From NCBI GenBank assembly GCA_020632925.1, contig JACKER010000007.1, forward strand, positions 244,910 through 308,909: a DNA stretch of 64,000 nucleotides. Direction: 5' to 3'. The position numbers and the translations under genes are program-made. How positions within the stretch are numbered: position 1 is the first letter of the stretch; each line of letters opens with the position of its first letter. This document shows positions 19,112-29,111 of the stretch, one piece after another. The notes beneath the pieces are model-generated. The model saw only the letters and a program-made list of their open reading frames with translations, made no database searches and was not told the DNA's origin. Source of the DNA: Alphaproteobacteria bacterium. Its GTDB lineage: Bacteria > Myxococcota_A > UBA796 > GCA-2862545.

Positions 19112-20737
19112 TCAGGTCGAGAACACGTAGCCGGCGAAGCGCTCGCGCAGCGTGCGCTTGAGCACCTTGCCGGTCGGCCCGATGGGCAGGGCCTCGACGA
19201 ACTCGATCGCGTCCGGGAGCCACCACCTGGGCATGCGGCCCGCCAGGAAGGACATCACCTCGTTCGCCGTCAGCTCGGTCCCGGGGGCGCGCACCACGAC
19301 CAGCATCGGGCGCTCCTGCCACTTGGGGTGCGGCAGCCCGAAGGCCGCGGCGGTCTGCACGCCGGGGCAGGCGAGGGCGGCGTTCTCGAGGTCGATGCTC
19401 GAGATCCATTCGCCGCCGCTCTTGATGACGTCCTTGCTGCGGTCGGTGATCTGCATCGTGCCCCGGGCGTCCAGGGTCGCGATGTCACCGGTCGCGAACC
19501 AGCCGTCGTGGTGCGTGTCGGAGCCCTCCTGCCGGAAGTAGCCGCTCGCGACCCAGGGACCACGGATCTGCAGGTGGCCCGAGGCCTTGCCGTCGCGCGG
19601 GAGCTCGGTGCCCTCGTCGTCGACGATGCGCAGGTCCACCCCGTACATCGGCCGACCCTGCTTCAGCTTGTACGACAGGACCTCGCTCCACGGCATGCCC
19701 TCGTGCTCGGGGAGCATGACGTTGACGGTGCCGACGGGGCTGGTCTCGGTCATGCCCCAGGCGTGGATCACGCGCGCGTTGTGGCCCTTCTCGAACGCCT
19801 CGATCATCGTGCCCGGGCAGGCGGACCCTCCGATGACGACCTTCTTCACGGTCCCGAGCTTCTTGCCCTCGGAGGCCAGGTGCGCGAGCAGGTTGGCCCA
19901 CACGGTGGGGACGCCGAGCAGGCTCGTCACCCCCTCGGCCTCGACGAGCTCGGTCAGGCTCTTGCCGTCGAGCCCGGGCCCGGGGAGCACGAGCTTGCTG
20001 CCGACCATCGCGCACGCGTAGGGCACGCCCCAGGCGTTGACGTGGAACATCGGGACGACGGGCAGCGTCACGTCGGCCGCGGAGAGCGCCAGCGTGTCGG
20101 TCATCGTCACCGCGTAGCTGTGCAGCACGGTCGACCGGTGGCTGTACACCACGCCCTTGGGGTGGCCCGAGGTGCCCGAGGTGTAGCAGAGCGACGACGC
20201 CGTGCGCTCGTCGAAGGTGGGCCACACCAGCGCGTCGCTCTCGGCCTCGAGGAGCGTGTCGTGCACGAGCAGCCCCTCGATCGAGGACGCGGGGCGGTGG
20301 GCCTCGTCGGTCATGGCGACGAAGCCGCGCACGGTGCTCTTCGGCCGCGCGGCGAGGATCTCGGCGAGCTTCACGAAGGTGGTGTCGAAGAACACCCACT
20401 CGTCGGCGGCGTGGTCGACCACGTAGGCCAGCTGCTCGGGAGACAGGCGCGGGTTGATGGTGTGCAGGATGGCGCCGAGCCCCGACACCGCGAAGTACAG
20501 CTCGAGGTGGCGCTGGGTGTTCCACGCGATGGTGGCCACCCGATCCCCCTCGCGGACGCCCATCTTCAGCAAGGCGTTGGCCAGCCGGCGAGAGCGGCGC
20601 GCGACCTCGCCCCAGGTGGAGCGGTGGATCGGACCTTCGACCGTGCGGGTCACGACCTCCACGTCGGCGTGGAAGCGCTCGGCGAAGCTGATCTGGCTCG
20701 AGATCAGCAGGGGCTGGTCCATCATCTGTCCGAACAT
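19112..20737 (-). CDS. fadD: long-chain fatty-acid--CoA ligase (AMP-dependent synthetase)
   Basis: It carries the AMP-binding motif '[12 protein letters not shown]' and 'GWFATGDIA'. Confidence 0.85.
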   Translation of the reverse strand: MFGQMMDQPLLISSQISFAERFHADVEVVTRTVEGPIHRSTWGEVARRSRRLANALLKMGVREGDRVATIAWNTQRHLELYFAVSGLGAILHTINPRLSPEQLAYVVDHAADEWVFFDTTFVKLAEILAARPKSTVRGFVAMTDEAHRPASSIEGLLVHDTLLEAESDALVWPTFDERTASSLCYTSGTSGHPKGVVYSHRSTVLHSYAVTMTDTLALSAADVTLPVVPMFHVNAWGVPYACAMVGSKLVLPGPGLDGKSLTELVEAEGVTSLLGVPTVWANLLAHLASEGKKLGTVKKVVIGGSACPGTMIEAFEKGHNARVIHAWGMTETSPVGTVNVMLPEHEGMPWSEVLSYKLKQGRPMYGVDLRIVDDEGTELPRDGKASGHLQIRGPWVASGYFRQEGSDTHHDGWFATGDIATLDARGTMQITDRSKDVIKSGGEWISSIDLENAALACPGVQTAAAFGLPHPKWQERPMLVVVRAPGTELTANEVMSFLAGRMPRWWLPDAIEFVEALPIGPTGKVLKRTLRERFAGYVFST

Positions 20738-20788
20738 CTCGGTCCTCCCGGGGGACCGAGTGTACCCAAGCCCGAGGTCCCGGGTTCG

Positions 20789-23425
20789 TCAGTCGTCGCC
20801 CCGGTCGTCCGGGTCGCGCTGACCACCGCCCTCGGGCCGTTGCTCGACCTTCACCGGTGGCCCGTCGCCGCCGTCGACGTCGGGCTCCTGCGCCGGTGCG
20901 TCCTTGCGCGCGATCTCGCCGGATGGCGGCTCGTAGGGCACGGCGGAGTAGTCGAGGCCCGGGACGCTGTCGCGGTATCCGGCGGGGCGCTGCAGATCCT
21001 TCGGGTCGAACAGCGGCTCGTTCGCCGCGGGATCCTCGGCGCGGGCGTCGAGCCACTGCGACAGCGTCGACATGCCGTGGCCGACGTAGTCGATGCGGAC
21101 CTTCTGCTCGTTCATCGTGTACTTGATGCCGCCGCGGATCTTCTCGGGCCGCGACGCGAACATGCTGTCCAGCTCGTCGAACTGCATCGTCGCGAGGAAG
21201 CGGATCGACTCGCGGGTGGCCCGCTCGTACTTCGCCTTGCGGTCGGGCGCCGACTGCAGCGCGAGCGAGTAGGCGGCGGCCGTGCCCTCCGAGTAGCAGA
21301 AGGTCTGCATGGCCGGCAGCTCCTCGGGCAGCTTGTAGTAGCCGCCGACGTAGTCGGGCCAGGGAGAGCGCTCCTCGGACCACTGGTAGCTGTCGATCAT
21401 CCAGTCCGCGACCTCGAGGCCGAACTGCGCCGCCTTCTCGTTCTTCGTCAGCTTGTACGCCTGCTTGGCGGCCATGACGGACCACGGGCCGAACTGGACG
21501 AGGTCGAGCCGGTCGTTGTTGTCGTACGTGTCGGTCGGCCAGCGCCCGGTCGGCACCTTGCGGACCGCGCGCTCCGTGAACCACGGGCGGTAGTGCTCGT
21601 AGAACTTGTCATACGCCTTCACCCACTCGGCCTCGCCGAAGTACTCGGCGACCATCCCGAGCGCGAGCATGGCCTCGCCGGGGACGATGTCGTTGCGGCT
21701 GTTCTCGTAGGGGTGGCCGGGCTGGACGTAGTAGGCGCGGAAGCGGCCATCCTCCTCCTGCTGCGACCGGACGAACTCCGCCATCTCCCGGATGCGGGCG
21801 TCTTCGGCGTGCGACTTCGTCGCGTCCGCCCAGGCGATCCAGCCGAGGAGGCCCACGGCGACGGTGCCGAGCTTCTGGACGGGCGGCTCGGCGGGCGTGG
21901 CCTCCTGGTACGACGGGTACCGGAAGAGCATGGTGCCGGCCGGCGGGTGGGGCAGGGGACCCTCCTCGGGGTCGGACCCGTGCACGGCGTACCGCATGAG
22001 CCAGTTCATCGCGGCCTGCGAGCCCTGGAGGTACCGGTCGTCGTTGCGGTACCGCCAGGTGTCGGCCAGGTCGCGAGCGGCCAGGATGTGGCGGACCTCG
22101 TTGTAGTCCGTCGAACGCCGGTTCTGCTCCGGCCAGTACTTGTATTCGAACTTGCCCGTCGGGTACTGGTTGGCGAGCCACCACTCGCCGCCCGCGACGA
22201 GCATGTCCTGGACGTGCCGGTCGGTGATCCAGTCCATCGGGACCTCGGGCTGGCCGCGGAACATGCGCAGCGCCGGGCCGCCGGGCGAGGACTCGACGAA
22301 GTGCTGGGTGCGGATGAGGTCGAGACGGGTGCGCGGGTCCTTCTCCCAGGGGCGGGCGTCGTTCCAGCCACCCTCCTGCACGGCGACGCGGAGGAACTCG
22401 TCGGCCGAGTGCAGCGAGCGGGTCACGAGCTCGGAGCCGGGCATGTACGTGAACTTCTCTTCGAGGTCCTCGCCCTTCTTCGGCTCGCGCTGCCGGAACA
22501 TCATCCCGTCGATGCCCATCTCCCACAGGTCGAAGATGGCGTGGCGCGAGCGCGGCTCGACGGGCGCTCGCTCCATCACGATCTGCACCTCGAGGTGCAC
22601 GTCGTCGAGGCGGTTCTGGAGCTTGCCCATGCCGAGGGTCTCGACGTTGCGCTCCCACTCGCGGGTCATCTTCTGCGCGAGCTCGTCGAGGGCGAGGTCG
22701 ACCGCGGACGTCCCGGGCTTGGCGTTGGCACCGACGACGTGCCGCGAGACGAGGGTGGAGCCCTGCAGGCGCATCGTGCCGATGATGCGCACGGCGTCGG
22801 GGCGCCACGTCTGGCCGTTGACGAGCCACTGGCCGCCCAACCGCTGGCGGAGCCCGCGCAGGATGCGGTCGCCCGTCTCGATGGGGACCCGCGCCGGCGA
22901 GCCGCGCACCGAGTACACCATCAGGTCCTCGGTCACGTAGCGGAGCTGGAACCACTCGAGGAAGTCGTGCTGCGCGAGGCGGGACAGCACGATCCGGTCG
23001 CGGTCGAGGGCCCCGGTGAGGTCGCGGCTGACGACCAGACCGCGGATGTCCCGGTCGAGGAACGCGCGGGCGACGGCCTCCTCGTCGGTCCCCATCAACA
23101 ACGGTTCGAGGTCCGGCTGGTCCTTCAGCGTGACGGTCGGGGCCTCGATCTCGATGTCGGCGATCGAGAACACCTTCTTCTTGGACCCGAGATCCTCGAT
23201 CGCCTGTCGGGCCGCGTCCGACAGCTTGGACCGCTCGAGGTCGGCGAGGCAGGCGTGCAGCCGATCCATGGGCTCGCCCGACAGGTGCCGGCAGCGCGGG
23301 ACGCGGTCGGCCCTGGACGGCTTGGAGGCCGGCCCATCGGGGAGCTTGTCGACGTTCTGCCAGACGACCGCGGCGATCACGACGCCCACGATGCCGATCG
23401 TCGGCACCCACTCCTTCCAACCCAT
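20789..23425 (-). CDS. large hypothetical protein anchored by an N-terminal TM helix, possibly with an alpha/alpha-toroid-like C-terminal domain
   Basis: The ORF is 878 aa with non-repetitive composition and a hydrophobic N-terminus ('[13 protein letters not shown]'). No motif was recognised. Confidence 0.5.
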   Translation of the reverse strand: MGWKEWVPTIGIVGVVIAAVVWQNVDKLPDGPASKPSRADRVPRCRHLSGEPMDRLHACLADLERSKLSDAARQAIEDLGSKKKVFSIADIEIEAPTVTLKDQPDLEPLLMGTDEEAVARAFLDRDIRGLVVSRDLTGALDRDRIVLSRLAQHDFLEWFQLRYVTEDLMVYSVRGSPARVPIETGDRILRGLRQRLGGQWLVNGQTWRPDAVRIIGTMRLQGSTLVSRHVVGANAKPGTSAVDLALDELAQKMTREWERNVETLGMGKLQNRLDDVHLEVQIVMERAPVEPRSRHAIFDLWEMGIDGMMFRQREPKKGEDLEEKFTYMPGSELVTRSLHSADEFLRVAVQEGGWNDARPWEKDPRTRLDLIRTQHFVESSPGGPALRMFRGQPEVPMDWITDRHVQDMLVAGGEWWLANQYPTGKFEYKYWPEQNRRSTDYNEVRHILAARDLADTWRYRNDDRYLQGSQAAMNWLMRYAVHGSDPEEGPLPHPPAGTMLFRYPSYQEATPAEPPVQKLGTVAVGLLGWIAWADATKSHAEDARIREMAEFVRSQQEEDGRFRAYYVQPGHPYENSRNDIVPGEAMLALGMVAEYFGEAEWVKAYDKFYEHYRPWFTERAVRKVPTGRWPTDTYDNNDRLDLVQFGPWSVMAAKQAYKLTKNEKAAQFGLEVADWMIDSYQWSEERSPWPDYVGGYYKLPEELPAMQTFCYSEGTAAAYSLALQSAPDRKAKYERATRESIRFLATMQFDELDSMFASRPEKIRGGIKYTMNEQKVRIDYVGHGMSTLSQWLDARAEDPAANEPLFDPKDLQRPAGYRDSVPGLDYSAVPYEPPSGEIARKDAPAQEPDVDGGDGPPVKVEQRPEGGGQRDPDDRGDD

Positions 23426-23563
23426 GCAGCGCTCCCGGTCGTGCCAGTTAACGGATCCTCGGCAGCCGGTGCCAGGGGACGGTTGCTCGGGCGGGGTGGG
23501 CCGGATAACGCGGTGGGGTTGCGTGGTCGGCGTCGGCCGGGGTCACGCGAAGAGGAACCGACG

Positions 23564-23869
23564 ATGGCGAAGACGAGCTCGATCTACAAGCAGAAGAAGC
23601 GGGAGCGCCTGGTCCGCAAGTACGCGGCCCGCCGCGAGGAGCTGAAGCGGAAGTCCAAGGACCTGTCGCTGTCTCCCGAGGAGCGCCAGACCGCGCGCGA
23701 GCAGCTCGCGAAGCTGCCCCGCAACTCGAGCCCGGTGCGCCTCAAGACCCGCTGCATCGTCAGCGGCCGCAGCAAGGCGGTGTACCGCAAGCTCATGCTG
23801 AGCCGCATCGCGTTCCGCGAGCTGGCGCTGCAGGGCAAGCTGCCCGGGATCATGAAGGCCTCCTGGTAG
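23564..23869 (+). CDS. rpsN: 30S ribosomal protein S14 in a stand-alone context (long, non-zinc-ribbon form)
   Basis: '[28 protein letters not shown]...[38 protein letters not shown]' is 101 aa. An AAGAGGAA RBS is present. Confidence 0.9.
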   Translation: MAKTSSIYKQKKRERLVRKYAARREELKRKSKDLSLSPEERQTAREQLAKLPRNSSPVRLKTRCIVSGRSKAVYRKLMLSRIAFRELALQGKLPGIMKASW

Positions 23870-23876
23870 GCCTCGG

Positions 23877-23907
23877 TCGCCGGCGGGATCGAGCCCGATC
23901 CGCCGGC
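23877..23907. terminator. GC-rich hairpin between convergent rpsN and the M32 peptidase gene
   Basis: Inverted repeat gccggcgggatcg...cgatccgccggc. Confidence 0.35.
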
Positions 23908-23932
23908 AGCCCGAGCCCTCGGCCCGCGACCC

Positions 23933-25447
23933 TCAGGACCTCCCGAGCACGGTGAGGAGGTCCGCGACGTGGTCGCGCTCGCCGATCGCGTCCTTCAGCA
24001 GGCGGTCGACCCTCACGGTCGCACCCCGCTGGTGGACGTGCTCCCGGAACCACCCGAGGATCGGCGCGAAGTCGCCGGCGCCGACGAGCTCGTCGACGGG
24101 CAGCTCGGTCTCGAGGTGCAGCAGGAAGGACGCTGCCCAGACGTTGCCCAGCGTGTAGCTCGGGAAGTAGCCGAACAGCTGGAAGGACCAGTGGATGTCC
24201 TGCAGCACGCCGGTCGCGGCGTCGGCGGGGCGCAGACCGAGCGTGCGCTCCATCGCGTCGTCCCAGGCCGCGGGCAGGTCGGCGACGGCGAGCTCGCCCG
24301 AGATCAGCGCCTGCTCGAGCTGGAAGCGCAGGGCGATGTGCAGGTTGTACGTCACCTGGTCCGCCTCGACGCGGATCGGCGTCCGCGCGACGCGGTTCAC
24401 GCGCGTCCAGAGCGCCTCGGCGTCCGGCACCGCGGCCAGGTGGCGGGAGAGCGGCCCCCGCAGCCAGCGCACGAAGGCCGGTGACCGCCCGATGGCGTTC
24501 TCCCAGAACCGCGACTGCGACTCGTGCAGCCCGGTGGACGGTGCGTGCATCAGCCCCGCGCCCGCGAGCGAGGGCGCCATGCCCTGCTCGTACATCCCGT
24601 GGCCGGCCTCGTGCAGCGTGGCGAACACGGCGCCCAGCGGGTCGTCGGGCAGGAAGCGGGTCGTGATGCGCACGTCCCGCAGGCCGCAGCGCGTGGTGAA
24701 CGGGTGCTCCGAGCGGTCCAGGCGGCCGATGGAGAAGTCGAAGCCGACGGCGCGGCTCAGCTCCTCGCAGAGCGCGCGCTGGGCGTCGGCGGACTCGGCC
24801 CAGGCCTCGGGCTCCGGGCTCGGCTCCACGGCGTCGAGGATGCCGCGCAGGCCGGGCACCAGGCGATCGAACAGCGCGGTCAGGTCGGCGCTGCGCACGC
24901 CGCGGTCGTAGTCCTCGAGCAGCACGTCGTACAGCGGCCCGTCGTGGCCGGTCGCCGCCGCGATCGCCGAGGCCCGCTCGCGCACCAGGGCGAGCTGACC
25001 CTCCATCGCCGCGAGCCACGGCCCGTGGTCCCCGGTCTGCCGCGCACCGAGCCAGGCGGTCATCGTCTCGCTGCGCACCCGCGCCAGCCGTTCCGCCAAC
25101 CCCGCGTCCACCGCGACCGAGCGCCGCCAGCCCCACGTTGCCTGTTCGATCGCCACCCGCTGGAGCTCGGTCGGATCGTCGCGCCCCTCGAGCGCCACGA
25201 GCAGCTCGCCGAGGGCCGGATCCGTCGTGCGCTCGTGCAGCAGGCGCGTGAGCGCCGCCTCCTGCTCCTGGCGATCACCCGCCGCGCCCGGAGGCATGCC
25301 CGTCTGCTGGTCCCAGCCCGCGAGCGCCTGGAGCCACCCCCAGGTCGCGATCTCGCGGTTGGCGCGCTCGAAGCGCTCCCAGAGCTCAGCGGTGGTCGCC
25401 ACGGTCGCCTCCGCGCGCGGGCAGCCCGAGGACGGCGCGCAGGTCAC
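23933..25447 (-). CDS. carboxypeptidase Taq-like M32 metallocarboxypeptidase
   Basis: It carries '[11 protein letters not shown]' and 'HESQSRFWE'. The start is uncertain and may overlap the thyX 3' end. Confidence 0.8.
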   Translation of the reverse strand: MTCAPSSGCPRAEATVATTAELWERFERANREIATWGWLQALAGWDQQTGMPPGAAGDRQEQEAALTRLLHERTTDPALGELLVALEGRDDPTELQRVAIEQATWGWRRSVAVDAGLAERLARVRSETMTAWLGARQTGDHGPWLAAMEGQLALVRERASAIAAATGHDGPLYDVLLEDYDRGVRSADLTALFDRLVPGLRGILDAVEPSPEPEAWAESADAQRALCEELSRAVGFDFSIGRLDRSEHPFTTRCGLRDVRITTRFLPDDPLGAVFATLHEAGHGMYEQGMAPSLAGAGLMHAPSTGLHESQSRFWENAIGRSPAFVRWLRGPLSRHLAAVPDAEALWTRVNRVARTPIRVEADQVTYNLHIALRFQLEQALISGELAVADLPAAWDDAMERTLGLRPADAATGVLQDIHWSFQLFGYFPSYTLGNVWAASFLLHLETELPVDELVGAGDFAPILGWFREHVHQRGATVRVDRLLKDAIGERDHVADLLTVLGRS

Positions 25448-26360
25448 GGCGCTCTCGGAGCGACAGGCCCGAGCCGGGCAGGATGGCGTCGGCGTCGGCG
25501 CCAGCGATCAGCTGGCGCACCAGGTCGAGCTCGGCGCGCGACAGCGTGACCGCCCCGAGCCGGTAGTCCTCGAAGGCCTCCCAGGCCATGGGGACCCAGG
25601 CCTTCACGAGCTCGCCGATGATGTCGCCGTAGACCCGGATCTCGAGCTGGGCGTGGGGGTCCATCCGCAGGGACAGGAAGTGGAGCAGGTTGTGCAGGTC
25701 CACCTTCCAGTACCACTGCGTGTAGTAGTTGAGGGTGAGGTCCATCCGGGCCAGCTCGCGGGCGACCTGCGGCGCCCCGTCGTCCACGGGCTCGCCGTCG
25801 CCGCGGTCGTTGAGCAGCCGCTCGTACGTGTCGTACACCTGCATCGCGTCGCGCCGGAGCAAGGCGAGCACCTCGGCGGCACGCTCGGCGTCGAGCGTGT
25901 CCCCGCGACCCTGGCGGTTGCTCGCTGACTGGATCGCGAGATCCTCCGGGCGCGGGAGGTAGAACTCGCGGTCGAGGATCGAGTAGCGCGCGCTGTACTC
26001 GTTGACGTTGGCGGTGCGGTGACGGATCCACTGGCGCGCCACGAAGATGGGGAGCTTCACGTGCAGCTTGAGCTCGCACATCTCGAAGGGCGTCGTGTGC
26101 CGGTGGCGCATGAGGTACCGGACGAGCCCGCGGTCGTCGCGCGTGTTGCGGGTGCCCCGGCCGTAGGACACGCGCGCCGCCTGCACGATCGCCGCGTCGT
26201 CCCCCATGTAGTCGATCACCCGGACGAACCCGTGGTCCAGCACCGGATGCACGCGGAACAGCCGCTCCTCGAGCGCGGGGACCGTCGGGCGGCGCGTGGG
26301 CACCGGGGGCGCGGCGAGGAGGTCCTCGAGCTCGGTGGACGAGGGATCGGGCTCGGACAT
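25386..26360 (-). CDS. thyX: FAD-dependent thymidylate synthase
   Basis: It carries the ThyX motif '[14 protein letters not shown]' (RHRx7-8S). Confidence 0.9.
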   Translation of the reverse strand: MSEPDPSSTELEDLLAAPPVPTRRPTVPALEERLFRVHPVLDHGFVRVIDYMGDDAAIVQAARVSYGRGTRNTRDDRGLVRYLMRHRHTTPFEMCELKLHVKLPIFVARQWIRHRTANVNEYSARYSILDREFYLPRPEDLAIQSASNRQGRGDTLDAERAAEVLALLRRDAMQVYDTYERLLNDRGDGEPVDDGAPQVARELARMDLTLNYYTQWYWKVDLHNLLHFLSLRMDPHAQLEIRVYGDIIGELVKAWVPMAWEAFEDYRLGAVTLSRAELDLVRQLIAGADADAILPGSGLSLRERRDLRAVLGLPARGGDRGDHR

Positions 26361-26384
26361 GACACCTCCGCCGGGGGCGTCGCC

Positions 26385-26759
26385 CTAACCGTCCTTCGGG
26401 ACCCAGCCCAGGTCGGCCTTCTTCGCGCGGTAGAAGGTGTACGTGACGGTCCGGTCGACGCTCCTGCCGAACAGCTGGACCCGGAAGTGGAGGAAGATCA
26501 GGTCGTCGCCCAGCGCGCCGAGGAGCACCGGCTCGGCCGAGCCACGCCCGTACGGATCGTCGAAGTTGTCACAGCACAGGCGGTATCCCTTGGGCAGATC
26601 CTCGGTGCGCACGGAGGGCTCCCCGCCCGTCGACGTGAACACCAGCTCGACGCGGACGCGGTCGGCGCCGAGATCCAGATCGATCGACAGATCGTTGCCT
26701 CCGAACGTCGTCACCACGCCGCTCGCCACCACCCGGGCCGCACCCGACTCCACCTTCAC
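26385..26759 (-). CDS. hypothetical 124 aa protein, divergent from the spike gene
   Basis: This is an ORF with no recognised family. Confidence 0.4.
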   Translation of the reverse strand: MKVESGAARVVASGVVTTFGGNDLSIDLDLGADRVRVELVFTSTGGEPSVRTEDLPKGYRLCCDNFDDPYGRGSAEPVLLGALGDDLIFLHFRVQLFGRSVDRTVTYTFYRAKKADLGWVPKDG

Positions 26760-26778
26760 CGTCGACCTCCCGGACGCT

Positions 26779-26808
26779 TGACGCTGCGCGTTCGCTGCCT
26801 CTATCCTC
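26779..26808 (+). promoter_or_regulatory. sigma70-like promoter for the spike gene
   Basis: TTGACG, an 18 nt spacer, then TATCCT, about 45 nt upstream of the ATG at 26852. Confidence 0.3.
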
Positions 26809-26851
26809 AGGGTGCGCCATCCTCAGCGTCCCATTCTGCGAGGCCCCTGCC

Positions 26852-27745
26852 ATGCCGAAGATTACTGATTCCAAGGGCGGACCGCACTCCGGTCAGCAGC
26901 CCAACTACCAGATCGGGATCGTCGTCGACAACGTGGACCCCGAAGAGATGGGTCGGATCAAGGTCAAGTTCCCGACGTTGCAGGGCGAGCCGGTGTCGTA
27001 CTGGATCCGCCAGGCCTCCCCCGGTGCGGGCAAGGAGCGCGGGTTCTACTCGCTGCCCGAGAAGGAGGACGAGGTCAACGTCGCCTTCCAGCAGGGGTCG
27101 CAGGATCACGGCGTGATCACCGGCCAGTTCTGGAACGGCAAGGACAAGCCGCCCAAGGAGGCCAAGGACGGCCTGCCCGGTCCGGACAAGCAGCTGCTCG
27201 GCCAGGGCAAGGGCCAGTGGTCCAAGGACAAGTTCACCGACGGCACCAAGAGCCTCGACAAGAACGATCGCCGCTTCTGGAAGTCGCGGTCGGGCTCGCT
27301 GATCGTGTTCGACGACAGCTCGGGCGCCGAGTCCATCCAGATGTGGGACAGCACCCACACGCTGTCGTTCGCGCTCGACACGGCGAGCAAGCGGATCATC
27401 CTCGCGAACACGGGCGGGGACATCCACATCCGGACCCAGAACGACTTCTACCTGGAGGCCGGGAACGACATCAAGATTCGTGCCGGGAACGACATCATCG
27501 GCGAGTCGATGAACGACACGAAGCACCACGTCGGCAACAACTGGAAGGTCGACGTCGACGCGAAGACGGACCTGACCAGCAAGGCCGACTTCACCGCCGA
27601 GTCGAAGGCGAACATGACGCTCAAGTCCGCCATGACCACGAAGATCATCGGTGACGTGAGCTTCGAGGCCAAGGGCGGATCCACGGCGAAGCTTCAGGGC
27701 GGCTCCCTCACCGAGGTGAAGGGCGGCATGGTGAAGATCAACTAG
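26852..27745 (+). CDS. phage baseplate spike (gpV / gp5 / VgrG-like) protein
   Basis: The N-terminal OB-fold signature 'MGRIKVKFPTLQGEPVSYWIRQASPGAGKERGFY' is present. The C-terminus has beta-helix repeats ('GDIHIRTQNDFYLEAGNDIKIRAGNDI'). Confidence 0.65.
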   Translation: MPKITDSKGGPHSGQQPNYQIGIVVDNVDPEEMGRIKVKFPTLQGEPVSYWIRQASPGAGKERGFYSLPEKEDEVNVAFQQGSQDHGVITGQFWNGKDKPPKEAKDGLPGPDKQLLGQGKGQWSKDKFTDGTKSLDKNDRRFWKSRSGSLIVFDDSSGAESIQMWDSTHTLSFALDTASKRIILANTGGDIHIRTQNDFYLEAGNDIKIRAGNDIIGESMNDTKHHVGNNWKVDVDAKTDLTSKADFTAESKANMTLKSAMTTKIIGDVSFEAKGGSTAKLQGGSLTEVKGGMVKIN

Positions 27746-27771
27746 CGAGCCGCGGGCGCCTACTGCGCGAG

Positions 27772-29097
27772 TCAGGCGAAGATCGCGGGAACCTCGCCCA
27801 CGGGGCGCAGCGTGATCGAGGGCATCAGGGCAGGCCGCGGGCCCGTCGTCCGCAGCGCGCCGCGCTGCAGGATCGTCGCGAGCACGAGCGCGGCCTCCAT
27901 CAGCGCGAAGTGCTGACCGATGCACACGCGCGGCCCGCCGCCGAACGGGAAGAACGCGAACCGGGGGAGCCGGTCGTGCAACCCGTCGAGCCAGCGGGAC
28001 GGGTCGAATGCGAGCGGGTTCGGGAACCACCGCGGGTCGCGGTGCACCGCCCACTGGCTGATCAGCAGCTGTGCCCCCTTCGGGATGGTGTACTGCCGGA
28101 CGACCATGTCCTCCTGCGCCTCGCGGCCGATCGCCCACACCGGCGGGAGCAGGCGCATGGCCTCGTCGATGGTGGCCTGGACGCGTGGCAGCTTCGGCCA
28201 GTCGGCCACGGTGGCGGGGCGGTCGCCCAGCACCTCTCGGACCTCGGCGAGCAGGGGCTCGACCTCGACCGGGTTCTCACCGAGCAGCACCCAGGTCCAC
28301 GTCAGCGCGAGCGCCGTGGTCTCGTGGCCGGCGACGAAGGCCGTGACCGCCTCGTCCCGCAGCTCCACGTCCGACAGGCCCCCGTCGTCGTCGCGCGCCT
28401 GGATCAGGTGCGACAGCAGGTCGTCCCCGAGCCCCTTGCGGCGACGCGCCTCGATGAGGGCGTAGATCGTGCGGTCCAGCTGCTCGATCGCGGCGGAGGC
28501 CCGGCGGCGGCTGGGTGTCGGGATGGCCTTGGGCAGCAGGCGGCCCGGCCCCTGCGCCTCCTGCACGAACTCCGCCATCAGCACGTCGATCGTGTGGCCC
28601 ACCTCCGTGGTGTCGACGTCGAGGTCGGTGCCGAAGAGCGTGTCCAGCACGATGCGCTGGGTGACCAGCATCATCTGCTCGTGGACGTCGAGCGCCTGGT
28701 CGCGGTGCAGCCCGTCGAGCCACGAGCGCGTACAGGCGACCATGGTGTCCGCGTACTGCTCGACGTGCCGGCGGGTGAACGAAGGCGCGGCGAGCTTGCG
28801 GTGCCGCTTCCAGACGTCGTCTTCGGCGGTGACCAGCCCGTTGCCGAGCATCGGGCGGAGCAGGTCGTAGATGGCGTCCTTGTGGAGCTTCTTCGCGTCG
28901 CGGACGAGGATCTGCTCGATGTCGTCGGGATGCGAGAACATCCACAGGTCGTGCTCGAGGATGCGGAAGAAGGCGACGTCGCCGTGGTCGGTCGCCATCC
29001 GCTCGACGAAGCCCAGCGGATCGCGCGCGAACGGGACGAAGCTGCCCAGCAGCGGCCACTGGAACGGCCCTGGGACGTCGGGGCGGGGGCGCAGCAC
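27772..29097 (-). CDS. cytochrome P450
   Basis: It has the heme loop 'FGGGPRVCIG' and 'AGHETT'. The GTG start at 29097 has a GGAGG RBS. The remainder of the 993 aa ORF upstream is artefact. Confidence 0.85.
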   Translation of the reverse strand: MLRPRPDVPGPFQWPLLGSFVPFARDPLGFVERMATDHGDVAFFRILEHDLWMFSHPDDIEQILVRDAKKLHKDAIYDLLRPMLGNGLVTAEDDVWKRHRKLAAPSFTRRHVEQYADTMVACTRSWLDGLHRDQALDVHEQMMLVTQRIVLDTLFGTDLDVDTTEVGHTIDVLMAEFVQEAQGPGRLLPKAIPTPSRRRASAAIEQLDRTIYALIEARRRKGLGDDLLSHLIQARDDDGGLSDVELRDEAVTAFVAGHETTALALTWTWVLLGENPVEVEPLLAEVREVLGDRPATVADWPKLPRVQATIDEAMRLLPPVWAIGREAQEDMVVRQYTIPKGAQLLISQWAVHRDPRWFPNPLAFDPSRWLDGLHDRLPRFAFFPFGGGPRVCIGQHFALMEAALVLATILQRGALRTTGPRPALMPSITLRPVGEVPAIFA

Positions 29098-29111
29098 GGG
29101 GCCTCCGGAGG

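Noticed and set aside
16092-21584. Minus-strand ORFs 16092-19409 (1105 aa) and 19485-21584 (699 aa)
   Set aside because: They are alternative frames of the kinase and fadD regions. They lack the kinase or AMP-binding motifs found in the chosen frames and are Arg/Gly-rich.
16157-23869. 2570 aa ORF on the + strand
   Set aside because: It is antisense to four well-supported minus-strand genes (kinase, fadD, the 878 aa protein). Only its last 101 codons are real, and those are the rpsN gene. It is a high-GC open-frame artefact.
23877-23907. Intrinsic (rho-independent) terminator with a U-tract
   Set aside because: A hairpin is present but no T-run follows on either strand. I kept it only as a low-confidence GC hairpin between convergent genes.
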